Made by a program: the position numbers and the translations under genes
Notes under the pieces: generated by a model
Database searches by the model: none
The model's input: only the letters and a program-made list of their open reading frames with translations
What the model was told of the DNA's origin: nothing
Shown: piece by piece, positions 23,750-34,830 of the stretch
How the letters are laid out: each line of letters starts with the position of its first letter
How positions within the stretch are numbered: position 1 is the stretch's first letter
DNA from: Antechinus flavipes
Taxonomy: Eukaryota
Length of the DNA stretch: 64,000 nucleotides
NCBI RefSeq assembly: GCF_016432865.1
Contig: NC_067403.1
Location: 197,532,001 to 197,596,000 of the forward strand
Direction: 5' to 3'

Positions 23750-24890
23750 TTAAAAATAAAATTTTATTTATGTATTTAAAAAAAAAAGGTCACCATGGTT
23801 TTCCTCTCCTTCTAGAGAATCATCTTATATAACAAAAAGGAAAAAGAACAAAATCATCATAATTGATCTATACATAGAAAAAGTATGAAAATATTTGCAA
23901 TGTACAACATTTGTGGATATTTAACCTCTGCTAAGGAGTGGAATAGGCTGTTTTCTCATGTTTCTTCTTTTAATCAATGCTTGTTATTTGTAATTTTATG
24001 ACATTTATTTTGGATTTTTGCCTGTGTTTATTCCTTCCATCTCCATTGCTGCAGTCATTATATGTATTGTTTTCTTGGCTCTGCTTACTTCACTCTGCAT
24101 CTGTTCATAAAAATCTTTCCACGTTTCGCTATATTTATTACATTCATCATTTCATACAGCACAGTAATATTTCATTACAATCCATGTACCATAATTTCTT
24201 TAGATGTTCCCCAATCGATGGGCATCTACTTTGTTTTCAATTCTTTGCTATCACAAAAAGTGCTGCTGTAAATAGTTTTAGGTATATGGGGACTTCCTTC
24301 TTATCAATGGCCTCCTTGGGGTATAAGCCCAGTAATGAAATCTCTGAGTCAAAGGGTATGGACATTTTAGTCACTTTATTTGCATAATTCCAAATTGATT
24401 TCCAAAATGGTTATACTGATTTACAGCTTTCCATCCAATACACTAGTGTGTCTATCTTCCCACAATCTCTACAACATTGACTATTCTCTTGTTGTGACAT
24501 CTTTGCCAATTTGTAGGTTGTGAGGTGAAGGCTCAGGATTGTTTTGATTTGCATTTCTCTTATTAGTAATTTGGAACACATTTTTATATAGTTGTTAATA
24601 GTTTGCAATTCTTCTTTTGAGAACTGTTTATTTATATCTATTGGCAATTTATCTAAAAGGAATGGCTTTTGGATATATATGTATATATATATGTATACAC
24701 ACACACACACATATATATATATGCTATGTTGTGCACATACATATGTATTAATTGTTTATATCCTTTGGATAATGATTCTTAACTGAGAAATTTGGTACAA
24801 ATATTTTTCCCATTCAACTATTTCCCTTCTAATCCTACATGCATTATGCGGGTGCATCACAATTTCTGTTAAATAGGCAGTGCAAATAAT
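23750..24890 (-). mobile_element. Old L1, 3' UTR and ORF2 C-terminal region
   Basis: gttccccaatcgatgggcatctac, gagtcaaagggtatggac, gttttgatttgcatttctc, cttttgagaactgttta; interrupted by a TA/CA microsatellite at about 24675-24722. Confidence 0.85.
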
Positions 24891-25449
24891 ATTACTCCCT
24901 TTTACAAATGAAAAAGACTTACCCAAGTTCACATAGGTAATAGAGAATAGAGCTGGGATTTGAGCCCACATGTTCTTATCCAAACACAGTGTTCTTTTTA
25001 TTCCATAATGCTACTTTACTTGGGGGCTCCATGATTCTATGATCATCCAACCCCAGAGCTGAAGTCATCTAAGCCCCTGAACCTGTGCATACTACAAACT
25101 CCCTGATGGAGCTTCCTGACAGACAATACAGACTCCCTGATGAAATACTCCTCCACTATTTAGACAATCTGGTGTCATGAATTATAGCCTGAGTAAGACA
25201 GTTATGTACCCTTGGTAAGTTCTGAAAATTGTAAAATGTGTGCTTTTGTTCCTTAAGAGGGTTTGAGCCTTTTAACTCTAACATAAGAGATTTGAAACAA
25301 CATAGGTCCCTATGGACCCTGAAAAGCAGGATATTCCTGGAATTCAGATTACATGCATTCATAAAAAGGTATATTAAAATATGTCCTTCAATGTACCTTT
25401 CTGAGTGTTATATTTGAATCAAATGCCTGCCTTGCCTATGGTTAGTTTC

Positions 25450-25960
25450 AAATCATGATAAGATGCTCTCTGACTCTTCATGGATGTCCTTTTGTATTTT
25501 GGGACAGCTCTGATTTTAAGAAGCTTTTTCTTAGGTATGTTCCATCACTTGCTCCAGTTCTGTTTTCTAGGGTCAAGCAAAAGAAACTTAATTCTCTTGC
25601 TCAAATCCCTTAAGATCCTTGAAGACAGAAAATATGTTTGGGACTTCATTAAAATATTCTCTTCTCCAAATTAGACATCCTTTGTTTTTCTCCTGACCTG
25701 CTAGGACACTCTAATCCTCTCAGAATCCTGATTACCCTTCTATGGACATGTGGCATTTTAAAAAATACATTCTTCTTATATGCCTAGCCTAGAAGTTAAT
25801 ATTCTAAATGAGCTATGATCAGGACCAAGGATAGCAGAATTGTCTCTCACTCTATTCTCTTAATGTGGCCTAAGATCATGTTATTTATTCCAACTATCCT
25901 ATCTTGTCTTAAATTCATATTGAGCTTGCAACTACTAGGACCCTCAGGTTTTGTCTTTTC
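25450..25960 (-). mobile_element. L3/CR1 fragment
   Basis: ttctcttctccaaattagacatcc, cctagaagttaatattctaaatgag.ctatgatcagg, ttcatattgagcttgc. Confidence 0.55.
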
Positions 25961-26229
25961 TACTGGCCATAGGGTCTCTTGACCTGGTAAACAAGTTCCT
26001 AAGTAAATAGTCTAAGCCTAGAACTACCTATCCTGAGAACCTTCACTAATTCCTCCCTCTCTGAAATGGGATATTTTTTGTTATTAGTATTCTGCCCGTG
26101 TTAACTTTTAATTTAAAGCTTCTCGCCAAAGTACAATGGACTTTTGACATATAAATATTAAAAATTAAATTTCCTGAGTTCATTATCTGATAATTAGAAC
26201 TAAATAACATCTTAACTGAGAGACAAACC

Positions 26230-26790
26230 CCACGCAAAGCAAGTCAGTTCCATTTAAGATTCCATTAGAAAAGTGTTTGAGCTGCTAAGTAATGGACCAT
26301 AAAATTTAATTTGGAAATGATATTACCCAAAATGATGGAGTGATACCAGTCACAAAAGGACACAGCGTCAGCCCTCATCTTTTCATGTGGTTTCCTGTTC
26401 TCCTATTGATTGTGTAGAATTAAAAAGGAATTACTTAATACTACCCTGAAATAACATATGTAGAGCAGGGTTTTTTTTCCTCTCTCTTTTCTCCAGCCCA
26501 GCGGGTATTTAAAAGTCAGAATTGACCAGTGTAGCTCCATGTAATTACAAAGATTTCCTTATCGGACTCTATTTGCTGAAGTCCTAAAGAAAAGGTCCCG
26601 TGATCCATTGGCTGTCCTGTATCTCATTTACATTGGTGGTAATCCCCAGTGATCTGGGCGTTTAGGTAATGACTTTGGGATTAAATCACCCCTTCTGTAA
26701 TTCTTTACTTTCCAATCTCCATTCCCCATCAGCCTGGCCAGGCTGAATGGGCCTGTCAGCAGCTGCTGCAGCGAGGGGAACTATGGTTAG
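26230..26790. promoter_or_regulatory. Candidate conserved non-coding element
   Basis: Repeat-free; ccataaaatttaat, gtaattac, GGGATTA (bicoid-type site) and two GC-rich palindromes at its right end. Confidence 0.4.
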
Positions 26791-27329
26791 GGCCTTAGAG
26801 AAAACAACTTTGCTCCTAATAGAACATTAGAAAGAGAAAAAATCAGGCTTAGAAATAAATGCATCTACCTCTTGTGTCTGGAATTATTTCCCTTCCTATC
26901 CACCTCCTCTACCAAAAAAGAAATGAAAAAGAAAGAAGGCAATTTTAGCGTGAGGTCAAAGGAAGATTCCAAACATTTCCATCTGGGCATTCTGTAATGG
27001 GCTGATTTTTAGCACATGGCAGTCACACCAGGTGGCATTTGAACAAAAATCCAGCTTGTATCTTCAAGGAAAACTAGGGGCCTGTGACCAACCCACAAGA
27101 ATAAAGTTGTTTACGATGTGGAGAGCTGATGTTGAGGGTCGCTGTCCAAGGTGGAACAAAGGGTAATTAATAATGATCTTATGCTCTGTCCTTGACTGTA
27201 GGTGGTCTGCTGTTTCCAAAGAAGCCCTGGACTGGGAGTCAAGAGTTATAGATTCAAGTCCTGACTTATCCACCTAGGGCTTCTGTCATAAAGTGAAAGC
27301 TTAGACCATTTTCCTTTCCAGATCCAATA

Positions 27330-27560
27330 GTGTGTGTTTCATATTACAAAAGTCCTTCCGCTTTCCAGTATTCTGGGTTTAAAGGTTCTTCTTTGTTCTG
27401 ACATTCTATATTCTAGGATTTTAAAAGGCTTGCCATGTTTCAAGATTCTTCTGAAATTCTAGGTTTTATGGACTCTATCTATGACTAACTCTGATATTAT
27501 GTATTTTACATTCTAAAGGCATATGTGGGTCTCTAACAATCTACATTCTAAGATGGTGCT
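27330..27560 (+). repeat. L3/MIR3-end minisatellite array
   Basis: Units such as aaggttcttctttgttctgacattctatattcta. Confidence 0.55.
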
Positions 27561-27594
27561 TGAGATGAAGAGAAGGACTGCACAGAAGGATTAT

Positions 27595-27935
27595 TATTGT
27601 TTGTCCTTCATTCTTAAAGAGGGCCATGACGTCAGTCAAGATATGTCATGACTTGCAAGTGAATTGGATTTAAGTGAGGGAAGGCTATGCAAAGTCACCA
27701 GTTTCTCTTCTTCAGAACTATCTGGGTCTAGTGGCAAGATATAGATCTGGACCACTGAATGCAATGGAGGGCCTTAGTCTTTTTTGAGCTAAAATCTTCC
27801 CCCCATCTTAGTTTGTCTGAGGCAATGCCCATTCAGTGATTAAGGCTATGTAAAAAATAAAATCAGTCTGGGAAGGTAAGATCCTCAGGGTTTCTGGCCA
27901 AAACAGAAACTATTCCACCTAGTTAACACTTAGAT
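27595..27935 (+). mobile_element. RTE-associated marsupial SINE (WALLSI/MdoRep-like)
   Basis: ttgtttgtccttcattcttaaagagg..catgacgtca..gtgaattggatttaagtgagg...tagtggcaagatatag. Confidence 0.7.
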
Positions 27936-28859
27936 GATCTTTAAGATCCTTTTCAGTTAGTAATTTATAACTGAGACAGATCACTAGTCATAGTCATTGA
28001 CTTAAGGCACTCTACCTCAGAGGATATGTCATGCTGTAATTAATAAGATTATCAGCCCTACCCCCTCAACCCCATACTGGATCAAACACATTGTGAGGAG
28101 GAGAGAAAAATCTTTGCTCCCTATAATGACCTTAAAGCTTGGATGGAGCAGTCTTTGACATCAATCTCCCATCCATCTTCTGTGATACTATATTGTCACC
28201 TGATGTTAACCATCATCTTCTCTACCATCAAGGTCTTCCAAAATCAGGTCCCACCCTCCTTTTTAAGTATGTTCTCATTTTACTTTTCTCCCTGTACCAA
28301 TTAAACTAAAGGAAGGGATGTTGCCCATTCACACCACCAAACTCACCCAACACTGTGCTTTGTACTATGCTGTTTCCTAGACTGGGAATGCCTTTCTTTC
28401 TTGCTAGTCACTTTTAAAATTTCTTCATAGAAACTTAAATGCCTTCTGTGATTTGCAATAATGGCCCACACAGTCTCACTGGGCATTTTTTCTGCTCCTC
28501 TTTAAAATGCTTATATATTAGATAAAGGTAATAAGTAAAACTGTATTTGGAGTCAATGGAAACAGTTCATGGGCAAGTCACTTCATTTAATCAATTGACA
28601 TGTATTTATTGAAGGTTTACTACGTGTGAGGCATTGTACTAGACATCAGAGTTTCAAAGACAAAAATGCAAAACAGATCCCACTTTCAAAGAGCCTCTAA
28701 TCTACCCAGAGGAGATAAAATGTACACATAATACTCATTCTCCCCACAAAGGCACATATTGGATAAGGTTGTGTTTATTTTCCTTGATGTTAATCTCCCA
28801 GTATATCTGTGCATGTGATTATACAATAAACACATGAATATTTACATATATATTCATTA

Positions 28860-29100
28860 TTCAGTCATTTTTCATTTTTATCCAACTCTTCATGAGTTGG
28901 GTTTTCTTGGCAAAGATACTGGAGTGGTTTGCTATTCCTTCTCCAGCTCATTTGACAGACGAGGAAACTGAGGCAAACAGAATTAAGTGACTTGCCCAGA
29001 GTTACATAGCTAGTAAATATCTGAAGCCAGATTTGAACTTAGAAAGATGAGTCTTCCTAAATTCAGGCTCAACATTCTATCCACTGTGCCACATGGCTGT
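28860..29100 (-). mobile_element. Mar1-like SINE
   Basis: gggttttcttggcaaagatactggagtggtttgctattccttctccagctcatttgacagacgaggaaactgaggc. Confidence 0.85.
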
Positions 29101-29159
29101 CAAACACATATTCAGCAATTAAAGCTTAAAACCACACTAAGACTTTTGGGTCATTCTGT

Positions 29160-30370
29160 ATCCATGTAAATATATGCAAGATAATTTGAGGAGAACTAAT
29201 AGCTACATAAGGTCATGAAAGACCTTATGTAGAAGGTGATGTCTGACCTGAATTGTGTTTTTTTAATATTCTGCAATGAGTTTGAAGCAATGAAGCAAAT
29301 ATTCTGAATGATGAAGGTAAAGAGGAAGAATATTCCAGATATGGAATCCGTCCAATAAACTCCAAAGAAACTAACTATGGTGTACTGTGTATGATGAATA
29401 ATAAAAAAGACCATTTTGGATATATTCAATAAGCAGTTGCTGATGCAGTATGGGAATTCATTAGAACTATTGAAGCAGAACATGGGAAATCATGACCTAG
29501 AATTGTCAGCACTTCAAACTTAACATATCCAAAACAGAATTCATCTTTCTTCCCAAATGTTCCCCTATTCCTATTCTATTGAGAACAATCTCATCCTTCT
29601 GGTTATCCCTATTCTCAACCTAAAATCATTCTCAACTCTGCACTCTTTTATACCTTCATAAACAATCACTTGCAAAGTCTCATTAATTCCACCTCCTCAG
29701 CATCTCTTATCTTTCCCTTTTTCTCTTTTTAAAACATATCCACCTTTGGTCACTCCTTCATCACCTCTTTAAGGATACATACAATAGTCTACCTATATAA
29801 AATTTCTCCTTTCTACAATCCATTCTTCAGAGCCACCAAAGTGATATTTCCAAAACAAGTGTTGACTCTAGTCTCTTCTATACTCAAGAACTTAAGTAGC
29901 TTTAGAATAAAACAAATGCCTTTTGGAATTTGAAAGTCATCGTGATCTGTCTTAAAATCTATTTTTCCAGGATGATTATACTTTATTTCTCCTCACAATT
30001 TATAAACCAGTCAAACTGACCTTTTAGTCTTCCTTAGGCAAAACATTTCCATCTCCCATATTCATGCCTGTCTTTTGTGCCTAGAATTCTCCCTCTTTCT
30101 ATCACTATCTCTAAGAACATCTAGTTTCTTTCAGAGCTCAGCTCAAGAGATACCTCCTTCAGAAGACTTTTCCTGATTCCCCCTTTATTTATTCCTGTCC
30201 CAAAACAGCTGTGTTTTCTATTTATGCTATATCTAATTGCCTATGAAATGTTACAAAAACCCTAATTCAATGAGAATATGAGCTCTTTGAGGGCTAAGAT
30301 TTTATATTTGAATCTACAATGATGAGGGGAGGGAGCTTTTTCTTGTGTAGTAGTACTCAATAACTTATAC
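29160..30370. mobile_element. Two divergent L2 fragments (minus about 29160-29490, plus about 29500-30370)
   Basis: Antisense atgtagaaggtgatg..gaagaatattccag; sense ttcaaacttaacatatccaaaacagaattcatc...ttctcaactc...ctcagctcaag. Confidence 0.65.
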
Positions 30371-30884
30371 TCATTATCTTAAGCCCATATTATCCTCAAC
30401 TTGACAATTTCCAGCTAACTATATCTTTCTATTATTTTTAGATTCATTATCAACTTATACATAAGCATTGGTTTTCAAACCTTAAAGTGCTAAATAAAGG
30501 TCAACTATTATTGTTATTAATTATTGTTTTTAATATTTTTAATGTGGTTCAAATAGAAATGGTACTGATATGTTACTATCTTATTCTTCTTTTCTAGTGA
30601 ATGTTATATGAACCATATTGTACAGATAGATAAAATGATGCTTTTTATTATTGAATAAAATTATTGGGATGTCAGGTCATTTTCTATGAACTCATCAAAA
30701 ACATTTCTGGGACAACTTCCATTAGCATAAAGAACAAGAGGGAACAATATGTACTTCATCCTGTTAACATGATTTTGATTTCTGCTAATTCTCTAAGTTT
30801 TGAAAGCTTTTCAATTCAGATACTTTAGCAGTTATAAATATTAGGTATAGCAATGTCTATTAAAACATTATTCTTAATTTTTTT

Positions 30885-31293
30885 CTTTTTTATCCTTTTT
30901 AATTAAAACTTTTTATTTTTCAAAACATATGCATGAATAATTATTTGACATTAATCCTTGCAAAACCTTGTGTTCTAATTTTCCCCTCTTTCCCCCACCC
31001 TTCCCCTAGATGGCAAGTAATCCAATATATGTTAATTATGTTTAAAATATATGTTAAATCTAAATACATGCATAGATATTTATACAATTATCTTGTTGCA
31101 CAAGAAAAGTCAAATCAAACCAGAAAAAATGAGAAAGAAAATAAAATGCAAACCCTTTGGGCATAGTTCCAAATTGCTCTCCAGAATGGTTGAATCTGTT
31201 CACAATTCCACCAACAATGTATCAGTGTCCCAGTTTTCTAACATCCCCTCCAACATTTGTCATTATCTTTTCCTGTCATCTTAGTCAATCTGA
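30885..31293 (-). mobile_element. L1 3' end with an internal deletion
   Basis: The 3' UTR (ccttcccctagatggcaagtaatcc...) joins at about 31153 directly to ORF2 sequence (gcatagttccaaattgctctccagaatgg). Confidence 0.85.
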
Positions 31294-31629
31294 GTATTCT
31301 TAAGTTATTATGACCCAGTGTAGTACTTGGATCAGTATAGATCATAGTTTTATCTGTGATTAGGATAGTGTTCCAAGACAGTTTACTTATTGAGGGAAGC
31401 TGAATAGATTGATTAGGGCATTGATCACTAATTTGGGACAGTCAGACTACTCTTCTGAATTGCTGATGGTGATGTCAAAATTGCCAAGGAATTGCCAAAA
31501 CAAATTCCATGTCTTGGCCATCTGTTTAATACAGTTTTTGTTGGCATATTGTTGGCTTGAATTTGTGTTAGTATCACTCATGAAGGGCTTTTTGATACTG
31601 CACTTAAATCTTTGCTTAACTAGAATGTT

Positions 31630-31880
31630 AGACTGATTTGGAGTCAGAAAGACCCAAATTAAAATCCTATCTCAGACATTTGGTAGGATTTTAATTTGGG
31701 TCTTTCTGACTCCAAATTAAAATGTGTGATCCTCCTTGGCAAATCATTCTCTCAACCTCAATTTCTTCAACTACAAAAATGGGGATACTTAACTCACAAG
31801 GTTGATGTCAAGATAAAATAAGACAAAATATAAAACTCCATGTAGAATATTAAAAAAAACAAATGCTAGTATTATTAAAT
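31630..31880 (+). mobile_element. MIR containing a perfect 34-bp inverted duplication
   Basis: ttggagtcagaaagacccaaatt...tgtgtgatcc...caatttcttcaactacaaaaatgggg; palindrome arms at 31636-31669 and 31684-31717. Confidence 0.8.
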
Positions 31881-32030
31881 TTTCAAGAATATTTTGAGAC
31901 TCATATTTGTCACAGAATCAAATAGTGAATAAGCATTTATCAAGGGCTACTTTGGGCAATAAGTGGGCAAGTGGGTGATGCAGTAGATAGTAGAGTGCTA
32001 AGCCTGTAGTAAGAAAGACTCATCTTCCTA

Positions 32031-32494
32031 TGTAGAGAGCCACAGACAGTGGGGGAACTCTTGGTGAGATATAAGACCCTTCAGCCCAGAGGGAATCTGC
32101 TGATGAAGTTTGGTGCTGTTCTCATCTCCCCTAAGGGCTCTCAGCCTTCCTGAGAAATCAAGGAGGGAGTAAGCACCTGTATTCTACTTGAAGCAGGGAT
32201 ACTTACAGCAGGGTGCTTATAGTTAGCACTTGTGCAGTATGCTGTGATGATGTAATGGTACTATAGTTAGCACATTCTCACTGTGTTGTAGTGATGTAAT
32301 TGTTCTAAGATATTTAGGGGCTGAGAAGACTTGAAAGAAAGGGACTCCATCTTTGACCAGCCTCGTGGGTCTCCTGCCTCTTTTATTCCTCCACTAAGAC
32401 CAAAACCTCGGGCTGGACCCGAGATCCTCCAGAGAGTTAGTCTGGATGGTATATTTTGGCACCCCAGTGTGGAGTTTCTAGAAAGCATACTACA
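32031..32494. mobile_element. Solo LTR (464 bp) with 6-bp TSD
   Basis: Termini tgtag...ctaca (TG..CA, 5-bp inverted repeat); identical ttccta at 32025-32030 and 32495-32500. Confidence 0.88.
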
Positions 32495-32640
32495 TTCCTA
32501 AATTCAAATTCAATCTCAGACAGTACTCAGATCCTGGGCAAGTCACTTAATGCTGTTTGCCTCAGTTTTCTCATCTGAAGAATGAACTGGAGAAAGAAAT
32601 GACAACAACTCCAGGATCTTTGCCAAGAAAACCCCAAATT

Positions 32641-32810
32641 GGGGCAGCGAGATGGCCCCGTGGATAGAGTACTGGTTGTGGAGTCAGGAGGACCTGAGTT
32701 CAAAGCCAATCTCAGACACTCAATATTTTACTAGCTGTGTTATCTGGGCAAGTCATTTAACTCCAATTGCCCCACCCCCCACCCCCCACCCCCACCTCCA
32801 CACACAACCA
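32641..32810 (+). mobile_element. WSINE1-like SINE with a C-rich tail
   Basis: ggggcagcgagatgg...gagttcaaa...ctccaattgcc then (CCCCA)-type tail; near-TSD caagaaaaccccaaat (32624) and caagaaaatccccaat (32811). Confidence 0.8.
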
Positions 32811-34589
32811 CAAGAAAATCCCCAATGGAGTCATGTAGAGTTGGATGTGACTAAACAACTGCGTTAAATTCTGGGGATATAAAGAAAAGTCCTCATCCCC
32901 CCCCAAAAAAAAATTAATCCCTACACTTTAAGAACTCACTATCTAATAGAAGAGACAACACGTAAGTTGCTATGTACAAACAAGACAGAGAAAAGATAAA
33001 TTGGAAATAATTCAAGAGGAAAGCACCAGCATTATTGTCAGTTTATGAAAGATAACAAGTTCTGATCTGTAAGTCCAGCTACCAGGTCATGTCTTACTAG
33101 CTATTCTATAAATGTTTAAATTTTGCAACCTGAAATAATTTCACACATTTTTATACCATTTCTTTATATAATCAGCACTGATCGCTTGGTGGTGATATGC
33201 CTGAATTCCTATCATAAAGGATTATCATCATTTGTTTCTATTTTAAAAATCCTCATGGCAGCAATTTGTTCAGTGCCTTTTATGGATATATTGTTGGTTA
33301 AGTTCATGTTGGTATCATCCATGGACTGGGAGGAGAGATGCTTTTTCCTTTATTATTAAACTATCATGAGATCCATTCAGAGATAAGCAAATCATTTTGA
33401 ATTGTGCACAAAAGAGCTGATAGGTTATATTTATTGTGTTTCTTTGTTTTGACTAAGTAATGTCTGATTGTTCCAAGGGTATTTCTGTAAGTTTTAACTT
33501 TTTATCATATCTTTTTAAAGACATTTATTTTTTTCCCTCCTTTTTGATGAGGAAAGTGTTCTCTTGCTATACAAAAAGAAGGGTGATAAACTCTATGTTC
33601 CATTATTATTACAAAACTATTTTCCAACTATTTCACTGCCCATTTTATTTTAGATATTAAGGCAATTATCAATCAGCTGTCGGTTACTTTAAATATGTTC
33701 TTCTCATTAAACTTTGATTTCAGGATGCTAGTTGGTCTCCTGACATACACAGTCACAGCTTTTTCCTTTGATAGCCTTTATGCTTGGTGTGTCATGCTTA
33801 GTGAAAATTGAATTTTTCATCATAGCACTTTCATCCATTGATTCAGTTTGATCTCTCCAAAACCTTCAGGTTCTAATTTTTCTTAAAAAAAGAAAAATAT
33901 TATTTATTAATAAAAACAATAACTTCCTTATCAGGGACTTATCCAAGAAATTTCAAAGGAGTAAAAAAAAAAGAGAAACTTCAGACCTTCATTCAGAATT
34001 TAGTGGCTTTTATTTTTCATGCAGTTTCAATGAGAACTATAAGGTTGAACAGTCCTGTAGACTTCACTGGTCTCTGAGGCACTAATAAATTTAATCCAGT
34101 AATGGATATTTGTTGTAGTGGGTTCCAGCCTATTTAAGAAGGTAGGATACCAGGCAGAGCCAGTACTAGGGTTAAACAAGGTTGGCAATCACCTAGGCCC
34201 AGCACAAGGGGAATTGTAAGGATACTTTTTCATATTCATTTTTCTGCATTAATTTTTCAAAGTGAAAAATTTCATTGCACAAAACTATTTCACTGGTGTA
34301 GATGTTTGGTCTACTTATATGGATTCCATTCCCATCCTTGCTCTACCCTTAATCCCTGTCATCATCTTAGTAACTACTTTTCATGACATACTAGGACTTG
34401 GAATATGCATTCCCCAATTCCCTAATTCCTCTCTAGTGATAGACCTCTATACACTTAATAGGATGAATCCTTGGATAATAGTTGCACAATACTCAAGTCC
34501 ACAATAAAAGCTTTCCCAGTTTGGAAGAATTTGCCAAGGCTTGTGTTCCAGTAGCAGAGTCCAGGATCTCTTCTGATCTCCAGTGATGT

Positions 34590-34830
34590 ATAGCCTATAT
34601 CTGAGAATATAGGAGCAGGATCATTATTTTCAATATGATGGAAAAGGGATCATCATTTCTATTTGGTCCCAGAAGGTTGAACCCAGTATCAGGGATGGAA
34701 GATGCACATTTCAATAGGGTTTCAGGAAAATCTTTCTGACAATTAGAACTGCCCAAAATGGAGTGGATTGTACCCCTCCTTGGAGATCTTTGAGCAAAGA
34801 TCAGATGACCACTTATCAGATACATTATTG
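34590..34830 (-). mobile_element. L3/CR1 fragment
   Basis: gaaaaatctttctgacaattagaactgcccaaaatggagtggattgtacc...gagcaaagatcagatgaccac. Confidence 0.55.

Larger units (their letters stand above)
31970..32865 (+). mobile_element. Mar1-like SINE split into three pieces by an LTR and a WSINE1
   Basis: Head to aagactcatcttccta (32030), resumes aattcaaatt (32501) to gccaagaaaaccccaaat, and ends ggagtcatgtagagttggatgtgactaaacaac. Confidence 0.8.
30590..33890 (-). pseudogene. Highly decayed hAT (Charlie/Buster clade) transposase fossil, interrupted by later insertions
   Basis: Collinear minus-strand motif remnants: SSQSMDDTNMNLTNNISIKGTEQIAAMRIFK (33340-33243), RHITT (about 33200), RWPRHG (31523-31506) and F(P)KLRELAEIKIMLTG*STYC (30808-30742). 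These resemble the clade motifs LDESTD..IFIRG..TEELAAM, ITTDG, RWLSRG and FPxLR..FGSTYxCE (recalled, not aligned). Confidence 0.6.

Noticed and set aside
31459-31560. Plus-strand peptide ..KQIPCLGHLFN resembling the hAT CxxH motif
   Set aside because: The same bases read RWPRHG on the minus strand, collinear with three other minus-strand transposase motifs; the plus reading is probably chance.
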